Assembly: GCA_963758635.1 (NCBI GenBank)
Contig: CAVWWD010000007.1
Span: 1 to 64,000, forward strand
Origin: an uncultured Candidatus Rokubacteria bacterium
Lineage (GTDB): Bacteria; Methylomirabilota; Methylomirabilia; Rokubacteriales; CSP1-6
Direction of reading: 5' to 3'
DNA length: 64,000 bases
Shown here: piece by piece, positions 43,257 to 51,817 of the stretch
Layout of the letters: every line of letters starts with the position of its first letter
How positions within the stretch are numbered: the first letter of the stretch is position 1
The notes under the pieces: model-generated
The model's input: only the letters and a program-made list of their open reading frames with translations
What the model was told of the DNA's origin: nothing
The model's database searches: none
Made by a program: the position numbers and the translations under genes

Positions 43257-44128
43257 CAGATGCCGAGCCGCCGGCCGAACAGGCCCTGCGGGCGCCAGAG
43301 GAGGACCGCGATCATGATCAGGAACGCGAAGGCGTCCTTGTACGCGTAGGAGAGGTAGCTGCCGGCGAGCGCCTCGGTGAGGCCGATGAGGAAGCTGGCG
43401 GCGATCGCGCCGTTGACGTAGCCGAAGCCGCCCGCCACCACCGCGGCGAAGGCCTTCAGGGTGAGCGCGGTGCCCATGTCCGGGAAGATGTTGAAGAGCG
43501 GCGACACGAGGACGGCGGCGGCGGTGGCGAGCGCGGCGGAGACCGCGAAGGTGATCATGGCGATGCGCTGCACGTCGACGCCGACCACCGCGCAGGCCTC
43601 GCGGTTCTGCGACATCGCGCGCATGGCCCGGCCGGTGCGGGTGGTCCGGACGAAGCGCTGGAGGCCCCAGAAGATCGTGAGGCTCGCGGCCAGGACGAGG
43701 AGCCGCTGCCAGGCGAGGCGGAGGCCGCCCACGTCGAGCACGGCGGCGGAGAGCCGCGTCGGCACCTCCTTGGGCTGGGTGCCGAACACGATGATGGCGA
43801 GGTTGGTGAGCACGATCGAGGTCGCGAGCGTGGCGATGAGCTGCACGTGCCACGAGCGCGGCAGCACGACGCGGATGACGGTGCGCTGGTAGGCGATGCC
43901 GAACACCACCATGACGGCGGGGGCGAGCAGGCCGGCCACCGCGTAGGGGAGCGAGAGCTCGCGGTACGCGAACCAGAAGGCGTACGCGCCCAGCATGAAG
44001 AACTCGCCGTGGGCGAAGTTGATGAGCCGCGCGACGCCGAGCATGAGCGCGAGCCCCGCCGCCACCATCGCGTACATCGACCCCAGCGTGAGGCCGTGCA
44101 CCACCTGCTCGACGACGTCCAGGATCAT
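43256..44128 (-). CDS. Branched-chain ABC permease (LivH-like)
   Basis: GLALMLGVARLINFAHGE, GRAMRAMSQN, RPQGLFG. Confidence 0.9.
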   Translation of the reverse strand: MILDVVEQVVHGLTLGSMYAMVAAGLALMLGVARLINFAHGEFFMLGAYAFWFAYRELSLPYAVAGLLAPAVMVVFGIAYQRTVIRVVLPRSWHVQLIATLATSIVLTNLAIIVFGTQPKEVPTRLSAAVLDVGGLRLAWQRLLVLAASLTIFWGLQRFVRTTRTGRAMRAMSQNREACAVVGVDVQRIAMITFAVSAALATAAAVLVSPLFNIFPDMGTALTLKAFAAVVAGGFGYVNGAIAASFLIGLTEALAGSYLSYAYKDAFAFLIMIAVLLWRPQGLFGRRLGI

Positions 44129-44279
44129 CGGCGCGCGTGTCCGCTCTTCGACGCTCGCGGAGCCGCTGGTCGCCGGGCCCCGGGGCACACGTCGCCCCGG
44201 CACCCCCGTGGCGCGGTGAGGGCCGACAGAGAGCGGGCGGGGCGAGCGCGCCCCCCCATCCCCTGTACGCTTGAGCAGG

Positions 44280-44445
44280 TCATCGGCCATCTCGGCGAGA
44301 GTGCCACCCCCATCCGGTGCCGGCACGCATGCGAGCACCACTCAGGGACTGCGCCTCGCCCGGGATGTCGTGGTGGACGTCCCGTGGGGAGTCGCGCTTT
44401 GAGCGCCAGTACAGGGGTGATCGCATACCACGACACGGCCGAGGG
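44280..44445 (+). ncRNA. IS110 bridge RNA (target-binding and donor-binding loops)
   Basis: Two stem/internal-loop modules with guides CCCCCATCC and CTCAGGGA (target), CGTGGGGAGTC and GTACAGGGG (donor). Confidence 0.8.
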
Positions 44446-44470
44446 CGAATTGCGGGGAGAAAGGGGTGCG

Positions 44471-45706
44471 ATGCCGGACTACGAACTGTATGTCGGTGTG
44501 GATTGGGCGACGCAAACGCATCAGGTCTGCCACGTGAGCCCGACCGGACAGCGGCGGCGGGAGTACGCGGTGGCCCACTCCGGGGCTGGCCTGGCCGCGT
44601 TGGTGACGGCGTTGACCGAGGAGCACGTGGACCCGGCGCACATCGCGGTCGCCTTGGAGGTGCCCCGTGGCGCGATCGTGGACGCGCTGCTTGCCGCTGG
44701 GTGTCACGTCTACGCGGTCAATCCCAAACAGCTCGATCGCTTCCGCGATCGCCATAGCGTGGCCGGGGCCAAGGACGATCGGCGTGACGCCTTCGTCCTG
44801 GGCGATGCCGTGCGCACGGATCGGGCCGCCTTCCGGCGGGTCACGGCGGAGGATCCGCGGCTGCTCCAGTTGCGCGAGGTGTCGCGGCTGCACGCCGAGT
44901 TGGTCCAGGAGCGGCTGCAGCTCGGCAATCGCCTGCGTGAGCAGGTGCACCGCTACTTCCCCGCGCTGCTGGGCCTGTGCCCGGCGGCCGATGAACCGTG
45001 GCTGTGGAGCCTGCTCGAGACCTGGCCGACGCCCGCGCACGCGGCGCGCGCGGGCCGGCCGGCCCTGCGCCGGCTGCTGGCCCGCCATCGGATCCGCCGG
45101 CTGACGGCGGACGCCGTGCACAGCGCGTTGCAGGCGCCGCCGCTGCCGGTGGCGCCGGGGACCGTGGAAGCGGTCGTCGAGCATCTGGCGCTGCTGCTGC
45201 CCCGCCTCCGCTTGGCCCAGGCCCAGGAGCGGCACTGCGAGCAGCGGCTGGAGCAGTTGCTGGACGCGCTGACGGTGGCCGACCCCGCGCGGCCCGAGCG
45301 GCCAGAGCATCGTGACGTGACTATCCTCCGCTCCTTGCCCGGGGTCGGGAGAGTCGTCGCCGCCACGATGCTCGCCGAGGCGTGGACGCCGTTGGCGACC
45401 CGAGATTACCAGACGTTGCGCGCTCAGGCCGGCGTCGCGCCGGTCACCCGTCAGAGTGGGAAGAGTCGCGTGGTCACGCTCCGCCGAGGCTGCAACCACC
45501 GGCTGCGCAATGCGATGTTCCACTGGGCGCGCAACAGCATCCGGGACGATCCGCGCGCCCGGGCGCACTACGATCGCCTGCGTCTGCGTCATGGCCATGC
45601 GCGGGCGCTCCGCGGCGTCGCGGATCGTTTGCTCGGGGTGCTCATCGCCATGCTCACGAGCGGCACGCTCTACGATGCGACGCGCCGACAGAAAATTGCC
45701 GCTTGA
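44471..45706 (+). CDS. IS110 family transposase / bridge recombinase
   Basis: 411 aa; VGVDWA, ALE, KDDRRDA (DEDD RuvC-like), SLPGVG, RQSG catalytic Ser. Confidence 0.95.
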   Translation: MPDYELYVGVDWATQTHQVCHVSPTGQRRREYAVAHSGAGLAALVTALTEEHVDPAHIAVALEVPRGAIVDALLAAGCHVYAVNPKQLDRFRDRHSVAGAKDDRRDAFVLGDAVRTDRAAFRRVTAEDPRLLQLREVSRLHAELVQERLQLGNRLREQVHRYFPALLGLCPAADEPWLWSLLETWPTPAHAARAGRPALRRLLARHRIRRLTADAVHSALQAPPLPVAPGTVEAVVEHLALLLPRLRLAQAQERHCEQRLEQLLDALTVADPARPERPEHRDVTILRSLPGVGRVVAATMLAEAWTPLATRDYQTLRAQAGVAPVTRQSGKSRVVTLRRGCNHRLRNAMFHWARNSIRDDPRARAHYDRLRLRHGHARALRGVADRLLGVLIAMLTSGTLYDATRRQKIAA

Positions 45707-45946
45707 CAACACGTGGGGAGTCCCAGAGGGGGCTGCGCGGGGGCTGTCGACCCGTTGCGGTGCGCTCGCCCCGCCCGTCGCGCGAGGCGGTGCGCCACAA
45801 GGGGGTACCGGGACGACGTGTGCCCCGGGGCCCGGCGGCGCGTGGTCCGTGCGGGTCCGGAGCCAGTGCTGTCCGCGTTGCTGCGGGCCCCGTTCGTGTC
45901 GCTGCCTGGTCCGTATGGTCGGTGGTTGTCACCCCGTCTCGACGCG

Positions 45947-47110
45947 TCAGTTCAGCAGCGCGGGGCTGGTCGGGAGCTTCTCGAGGATGCGGAGCTTCCC
46001 GTCCTGCATCTCGAGGAGGATCATGTTGATCCACGCCTGGTGGTTGTCGTCGAACTTGATAGGCCCGAGCGGGGAGTCCTTGACGTTGACCTCCTTCAGG
46101 GCGGCGCGGATGGTGGCGCGGTCGGCCTTGCCCGTCTTCTTCAGCGCGATCTCGATGGCGGGGACCACCGCCCACTTGAGCGTGATGGCGGCGAGGCTCC
46201 CGTGGACGCGGGGCGGGATGTTGTGCTTCTCCTGCCACTTCTTGTCCCAGTCGGGATCGAGGCCGGCGACCCAGTAGGTCGCTTCCACCACGCCGTCGCC
46301 CACCTTCGGGTTGTCGCGCACCTGGTGGAGGAACTCGGCGGAGGCCAGGCTGCCGCGCGAGAACACCTTCTGGGTGAGGCCCAGCTCGCGGAACTGGCGC
46401 ATGAAGGGCGCGCCGTCGCCGGCGAGGATGACCGCCAGGATCGTCTCGGCGCCCCCGCGCTTGAGCCGGGTGAGCACGGGCCGGTAGTCGGCCTGGCCGG
46501 GGTCGAAGAACTCGGTGGAGTGCAGCTTGATCCCCGCCTTCTTGAACGCGGCGTCGTAGGCGTTGGCGGCGCCGCGGCCGAAGTCGTTGTTCATGGCCAG
46601 GATCGACGAGCTCTTCACGCCCTGCTTGGCCATGTAGCGGGCGAACGTGTAGGCCATGATCTCGTCGTCCAGCGCCACGCGGAACGTCCACTCGTTGCCG
46701 CCCTTGCCGGACAGCGCGCGGATCTGGGGATGCGAGCACGCCTCGATCACCATCGGCACGCCGATCTCCTTCACCACCGGCATGGCCCCGAGGCAGGCCC
46801 CGCTGTGGGTCTGGCCGATGATGACGTTGACCTTGTCCACGTCGGCGAGCTTCCGCACCGCGCTCACCGCCTCGCCGGGTGTGGCCTTGTTGTCGGCGAA
46901 GAAGGCCTCGATCTTCCGGCCCATGATCCCGCCCTTGGCGTTGATCTCGTCCACGGCGAGGGTGGCGCCCCACTTGACGCCCTCGCCGGTGATCGCGGCC
47001 GGCCCGCTCATGGCCGAGGCGAACCCGATCCGGATGGGGGGCGGCGTCTGAGCCTCCGCGGCGGGCGCGAGGGCGAGGAGGGCGGCGGTCAACAGCAATG
47101 CGATGCGCAT
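45947..47110 (-). CDS. Branched-chain amino acid ABC substrate-binding protein
   Basis: Signal peptide, AVDEINAKGGIMGRKIE, NDFG, GPIKFD. Confidence 0.92.
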   Translation of the reverse strand: MRIALLLTAALLALAPAAEAQTPPPIRIGFASAMSGPAAITGEGVKWGATLAVDEINAKGGIMGRKIEAFFADNKATPGEAVSAVRKLADVDKVNVIIGQTHSGACLGAMPVVKEIGVPMVIEACSHPQIRALSGKGGNEWTFRVALDDEIMAYTFARYMAKQGVKSSSILAMNNDFGRGAANAYDAAFKKAGIKLHSTEFFDPGQADYRPVLTRLKRGGAETILAVILAGDGAPFMRQFRELGLTQKVFSRGSLASAEFLHQVRDNPKVGDGVVEATYWVAGLDPDWDKKWQEKHNIPPRVHGSLAAITLKWAVVPAIEIALKKTGKADRATIRAALKEVNVKDSPLGPIKFDDNHQAWINMILLEMQDGKLRILEKLPTSPALLN

Positions 47111-47126
47111 GGCGGTCTCCTTGGGG

Positions 47127-48137
47127 TCAGGGGCGGAAGTGGGGGATGACCTCGCGCCCGAAGAGCTCGATGGCCTCCTGCATCTCGGGCACGGTGTTCG
47201 CGACGAAGAGGAGCCCCGAGCAGGTGGTGACGCCGGCCCGCTCGTACGCGCGGATCCGCTCGCAGATCTCCTCGGGGCTGCCGATCAGGTTGCGCTGCTC
47301 GAAGCCGCCCGCCTGCTGGTCGCGCAGCGTCGAGCGCTTGAGCGACTCGAGGTGCTTGTAGAGCTGCGAGGCGTGGAAGCGGCGGACCGCCTCGTCGTGG
47401 GTGCGCCCGATCGAGCACGCGAACTGGGGCGCGATGTCGATGGCGGCGCCGTCACGCCCGGCCGCGGCCGCGGCGCGGCGGACGTCGTCCACCCCCCGCG
47501 CGATCTCCTCCGGGGAGAGCACGGCGGGCATCCAGCCCTCGCCGTAGGCGCCGGCCCGCCGCCGCACCTCGGGGTGGTTGCCCCCCGCGTACATGGGCAG
47601 CGGCGACTGCCGCGGCTTGGGGAAGCACTCCACGTCCTCGAAGCGCACGTGGCGGCCGCGGTAGCTCGCGCGGCGCTCGGTGAAGAGCAGGCGGAGCGCG
47701 CGCATGCCCTCGTCCACGATGTCGCCGCGCCGGGCGTCGCGCGCGTCGGGATGGAGCGCCTCGTACTCCTCGCGGTAGGCGCCGGTGCCCACGCCCAGGA
47801 TGACGCGCCCGCCGGAGAGCTGGTCGAGCGTGGCCACCTGCTTGGCGAGCACGGGCATGGTGCGCATCGGCAGCACGATGATGCCGGTGGCGAGACGGAT
47901 GCGCTCGGTGCGCGCGGCCACGTACGTGAACGTGATCAGCGGCTCGAAGAAGTTCGGCGGGTCGGGCCACTCGCGCTGGACGTAGCGCTGGGTGGTCATG
48001 TGGTCGTTGCCCCAGACGGAGTCGAACCCGACGCGCTCGGCGAGGAGCGCGGTGGGCAGGATGTCCTCCGGGCGGGCGAAGGGCACCGGGTACATCATGC
48101 CCTCGATGCACGTGGGGATGTGGACGCCGAACCTCAT
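47127..48137 (-). CDS. LLM class (probably F420-dependent) oxidoreductase
   Basis: GFDSVWGNDH, LAKQVATLDQLSGGRVILGVGTG, FPKP.Q.P. Confidence 0.9.
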   Translation of the reverse strand: MRFGVHIPTCIEGMMYPVPFARPEDILPTALLAERVGFDSVWGNDHMTTQRYVQREWPDPPNFFEPLITFTYVAARTERIRLATGIIVLPMRTMPVLAKQVATLDQLSGGRVILGVGTGAYREEYEALHPDARDARRGDIVDEGMRALRLLFTERRASYRGRHVRFEDVECFPKPRQSPLPMYAGGNHPEVRRRAGAYGEGWMPAVLSPEEIARGVDDVRRAAAAAGRDGAAIDIAPQFACSIGRTHDEAVRRFHASQLYKHLESLKRSTLRDQQAGGFEQRNLIGSPEEICERIRAYERAGVTTCSGLLFVANTVPEMQEAIELFGREVIPHFRP

Positions 48138-49151
48138 GCGCGGGTCGTGACCTCCTTCCAGATGGGGCCGAGCGTGCGGCCGATGCGGGCCACCTGCGCC
48201 GGCGCGGGCGGGCCGGGCGGCAGCACCGCGATGGGCGTGTCGAGGCCCGCCTCGGCGAGACGCGCGAGGGCGGCGCGACACTGGGCCGGCGTCCCCGCCA
48301 CCGCGAAGGCGTCGATCAGGTCGTCGGTGACGAGATCTCCCGCCGAAGAACCGGCACGCAGGGCCTCGCGGAACGGCGCGGAGCGGGCGGCGTCGACGCC
48401 GGCGTCGGCCAGGATCGACTGGCCGTGGAGCGCGGCGAGGTAGCGCGCGATGAGCGGGCGCACGCGCTCGCGCGCGGCCGGGCCGTCGTCGTCCACCGCC
48501 ATGGGGACGTACGCGGCCGTCACGAAGCGCCCGTTCGGGCGCGTGGCGGCCGCGGTGGCGGAGCGCACCCGGCGTACGTGGGCCGGTGACGTGAGGACCG
48601 AGCCGAGAACGCCGTCGCTCACCTCGGCGGCAAGCGCGAGCGCCCGAGGGCCTTTCACGCCCAGCAGGATGGGCACGGGCGCGGGCGGCAGGCGCCTCGA
48701 GCGCCGCGCCGGCGACCGAGAAGCACTCGCCGGCGTGGGTCACCCGCTCTCCCGCGAGAAGCCGGCGCGTGATCTCCACGCCGTCCCGCAGGCCGCGCAG
48801 CGGCGTCTTGAACGGAATCGACATCTGATCGTCGATCCAGCGGCGGTTGCTCGATCCCAGCCCGAGCGCCACGCGTCCGGGCGCGAGGCCGGCGAGCGCC
48901 GCCGTCTCCATGGCCACGAGCGCGGGGTGGCGCGTGTACGGGTTCACCACGCCGAGGCCGATCGTCACGCGCGAGGTGGCGGCGGCCGCGGCGCCGGCCA
49001 CCGCGTACGCGCCCGGGTGGAAGTAGTCCTCGATGATCCAGAGGCTGCCGAGCCCCGCGTCCTCCGCGGCGCGCGCCCACGCGACGGTGCTCCCCGGCAG
49101 GCCGTGGCCGAGGAGCGCCACGCCGAGGCTACCGGTCCAGCGCCAGTCCAT
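48134..49151 (-). CDS. LLM class flavin/F420-dependent oxidoreductase (Mer-like; frameshift near 48685)
   Basis: WIIED, GVVNPYTRHPALVAME, GRVALGLG, GVKGPRAL, AGTP. Confidence 0.85.
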
Positions 49152-50406
49152 AGTGCCGGTGGAGGGTGCGGAGGACCGCGTCGAGATCGTCGCCCGCGTC
49201 GGGCACGTCGGTGAGCCAGGCGCGGCTCGCCGCCGGGTCCTTGAGGCCGCCGGACGTGATGACAGCGACGACGGTCTCCGCGGGGTCCAGGGCCTTCCGC
49301 GCGGCGAGCTGCATGACGGAGGCGATGGCGGCGGCCGACGACGGCTCCACGAACAGGCCTTCCTCGCGGGCGAGCGCACGCTGAGCTTCGAGGATGCCCT
49401 CGTCGGTCAGCGGGGTCCCGAGCCCGCCGGACTCCCGCAGGGCGGCCAGCCCCTGCCAGGTGCCGTAACGCGAGCCGATGGAAAACGCCACCGACGGCGC
49501 GGGCGCGTCGACCATCTCCGGCGCCTCGAGCCCGTGCGCCATGGCGTGGGCGAGCGGGCCGAACGGCTCGGCCGCGACCATGCGCGGCGCCTGCTTGACG
49601 AGGCCGAGCGCGACCATCTCCGTGAAGCCCTTCCAGATACCCGAGAGCCCGTCGCTGTACGCGCTCGGCACGACCACGGCGGCCGGCGCGGTCCAGCCCA
49701 GGTCCTCGGCGATCTCGTAGGCGATGGTCTTGTAGCCCTCGACGCCCCACGGGTTCGAGCCGACCGGCGGCGAGACGAAGCCGCTGGTCGGGTACCAGCC
49801 GAGGCGCTCCACGCCCTCGCGCATGAGCCGCCACCGCGCCTCGGACGTGGGGCAGGCGACCACGGCGGCGCCGTAGGCCTGCATCAGCGTCTTCATCGTG
49901 TCGGGCACGCTGGCCAGCGTGAAGATCACGCAGGGCAGGCCGGCCCGCGCCGCGTAGGCGGCGGTGGACGCGCCGTGGTTGCCGGTCGACGAGATCGTGA
50001 CGACGCGCGCGCCCGTCTCCACCGCGTGCGCCACCGCCACCGCGCAGAGCCGGTCCTTGTAGGACCACGTGGGGTTCTGGCTCTCGTCCTTGGCGTAGAG
50101 CCGGGGCAGCCCGAGGCGCCGGCCGAGACGCGGCAGCGGCACGAGGGGCGTGGCGCCCTCGCCGAGCGAGACCGGATCGCGCGGTCGCACCGGCAGCACG
50201 CTCCGGAAGCGCCAGAGGCCACGCGGCGTGGGCGGGAACAGCGCGGGCGTCGCCGGGACCAGGGGCGACAGGTCGTGCTCGACCGTGAGGTTGACGGCCA
50301 CGCCCTCGGCGCGGCATCGCGGACAGCCCTCGAAGAGGCGATCGCCCTCGAAGCGGGTCCGACAGCGGAGACAGCGGAGCCCGAGCACGCGCGTCTCCGG
50401 TGGCAT
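49129..50406 (-). CDS. Threonine synthase-like PLP-dependent enzyme (fold type II)
   Basis: N-terminal CxxC..CxxC, LGEGATP, KDESQNPTWSYKDR, SSTGNHG, EGYKT, EPSSA, GLKD. Confidence 0.88.
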   Translation of the reverse strand: MPPETRVLGLRCLRCRTRFEGDRLFEGCPRCRAEGVAVNLTVEHDLSPLVPATPALFPPTPRGLWRFRSVLPVRPRDPVSLGEGATPLVPLPRLGRRLGLPRLYAKDESQNPTWSYKDRLCAVAVAHAVETGARVVTISSTGNHGASTAAYAARAGLPCVIFTLASVPDTMKTLMQAYGAAVVACPTSEARWRLMREGVERLGWYPTSGFVSPPVGSNPWGVEGYKTIAYEIAEDLGWTAPAAVVVPSAYSDGLSGIWKGFTEMVALGLVKQAPRMVAAEPFGPLAHAMAHGLEAPEMVDAPAPSVAFSIGSRYGTWQGLAALRESGGLGTPLTDEGILEAQRALAREEGLFVEPSSAAAIASVMQLAARKALDPAETVVAVITSGGLKDPAASRAWLTDVPDAGDDLDAVLRTLHRHYGLALDR

Positions 50407-50510
50407 GACGGGCCCTAGTGTAGGAACCGCCCCACAACGTGTCAACGCGCGCGCCGAGCGAGAGCGAGGGAACCCGCCTACGCGCCTGCTATCGTGAGCG
50501 CATGCCTGCG

Positions 50511-50786
50511 ATGGATCTGGCCATCGGTGTGACGAGTCTCCGGGCGCGGTTGAGCCACTACCTGCATGCGGTCTCCGCCGGCGCCACCGTCACGATCAGC
50601 CGCCATCGTCGGCCCATCGCAAGGCTCGTTCCGATCGTGCGATCCCCGGGCCTGGACGTACTCGATCTACTGGCGAAGCGCGGAGTGCTGCAGCACGGTA
50701 CTGGTAAGCCCGGCAAGGCCCGGAGGGTGAGGCTCCGGAAGGGCAGCCGCCTCGTTTCCGGTCTCGTGATCGAGGATCGTGGCTGA
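50511..50786 (+). CDS. Phd/YefM-family antitoxin (orphan)
   Basis: IGVTSLRARLSHYL..V.AG.TV.ISRH.RPIARLVP; no toxin gene follows on this strand. Confidence 0.75.
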   Translation: MDLAIGVTSLRARLSHYLHAVSAGATVTISRHRRPIARLVPIVRSPGLDVLDLLAKRGVLQHGTGKPGKARRVRLRKGSRLVSGLVIEDRG

Positions 50787-50812
50787 TCCTCGCAGGGCCC
50801 TCTTCTGCGGCG

Positions 50813-51040
50813 TCAGCGGTTGCGGTCTTCGCGAATGAGGCGCACGCCGCGCGATTTGTGCAGCGGCTGACGCGCGCGGATCTCCGCGGCACGAGCGGCG
50901 ATCTCGGCGCGGGTTGGCCGTGTCCCCTCGGTCAGGATGCGGCGCACCTCCTCCTCCACCGAGACGCCGTGCAGCTGGGCCTGGAGTCTCAGTCGCTCTG
51001 CCACCTCGTCGTCCAGTTCGTGCACGATGATCGTCGCCAT
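50813..51040 (-). CDS. FitA-like ribbon-helix-helix antitoxin (copy downstream of toxin)
   Basis: MATIIVHELDDEVAERLRLQAQLHGVSVEEEVRRIL...IREDR. Confidence 0.85.
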   Translation of the reverse strand: MATIIVHELDDEVAERLRLQAQLHGVSVEEEVRRILTEGTRPTRAEIAARAAEIRARQPLHKSRGVRLIREDRNR

Positions 51041-51049
51041 GACCGGTAG

Positions 51050-51517
51050 CTATCCTTTCCAGATCTTGATGCCTAGGCGATCGGCCGCGCGTCGAAGCCG
51101 GTCGTCTGCGGTGGCCAGGCGCGCTGACCCCCTGATGGCGAGCATCAGGTAGAGGCAGTCATAGACTGGATGGTCGAGGTCTGCGGCAAGACGCGCCGCG
51201 GGTCGAAGTAGCGGCGTTGATGGGGTCCAGGCAATGCCGAGCGCGAGCAGGTGGGTGATGGCGCGCTCGACGTTGGACAGATCCATCTCGCCGCGTCGCT
51301 GTCGCTTCCACCACGCGTTGGTAACTTCCACGGCCATCAGGTCGGGCGCAAGCAATGGTATCTCGCTGGTCAGGAGCTCCTCTGAGTGCCACGGATCGCG
51401 CTCGTTCGCGAACCAGTGGAACGCGATCGAGGCGTCGACCACCACGGGCGCGACGGACGCGTCGTAGGTCGCGTGCCGTTCGCGAGCGTGCCGGCGTACC
51501 ACCCGGGGTGACCTCAT
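51050..51517 (-). CDS. vapC: PIN/VapC toxin
   Basis: VVVDASIA..W, APDL...EV.N, HPVYDCLYL, LATAD. Confidence 0.9.
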   Translation of the reverse strand: MRSPRVVRRHARERHATYDASVAPVVVDASIAFHWFANERDPWHSEELLTSEIPLLAPDLMAVEVTNAWWKRQRRGEMDLSNVERAITHLLALGIAWTPSTPLLRPAARLAADLDHPVYDCLYLMLAIRGSARLATADDRLRRAADRLGIKIWKG

Positions 51518-51741
51518 CGGTTTCGGTCTTCGCGGATCATGTCCACGGCGGTCGATTGCGTGAGAGGCTGCCGCGCACGGATCGCCGCTGCCTGCGCAGC
51601 AATCGCCGCGCGGGTCAACCGGGTGCCATCGGCCAGAACACGCCGCGCCTCTTCCTCCACCGAGACACCGTGCAGGCGCGCCTGAAGCCGGAGCCGCTCT
51701 GCCACCTCGTCGTCCAGATTGCGCACGATGATCGTAGCCAT
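51514..51741 (-). CDS. FitA-like ribbon-helix-helix antitoxin (copy upstream of toxin)
   Basis: MATIIVRNLDDEVAERLRLQARLHGVSVEEEARRVL...IREDR; ATGA overlap with toxin. Confidence 0.88.
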   Translation of the reverse strand: MATIIVRNLDDEVAERLRLQARLHGVSVEEEARRVLADGTRLTRAAIAAQAAAIRARQPLTQSTAVDMIREDRNR

Positions 51742-51756
51742 GGAAGATAGCATATA

Positions 51757-51775
51757 GCGCTATCGTTGATAGCGC
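51757..51775. promoter_or_regulatory. FitAB-type operator palindrome
   Basis: GCGCTATC-GTT-GATAGCGC upstream of the antitoxin. Confidence 0.65.
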
Positions 51776-51817
51776 AACACGATATCAGCCAGCCCTGATG
51801 ATGGTAAGCTGACCGGC

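Larger units (their letters stand above)
44259..45724 (+). mobile_element. IS110-family insertion sequence (~1.46 kb)
   Basis: Shared TCCC at both junctions (44259-44262, 45721-45724), no terminal inverted repeats, ~210-nt non-coding left end, DEDD transposase. Confidence 0.9.
44171..45837. repeat. REP/REPIN-like inverted repeat (arms ~44171-44249 and ~45762-45837) interrupted by IS110
   Basis: GCCGGGCCCCGGGGCACACGTCG and CGGGCGGGGCGAGCGC on the left recur as reverse complements on the right. Confidence 0.8.

Noticed and set aside
43247..44470. N-terminal extension making an 819-aa transposase
   Set aside because: It is the antisense of livH plus the repeat and bridge RNA; the DEDD domain starts at ATG 44471.
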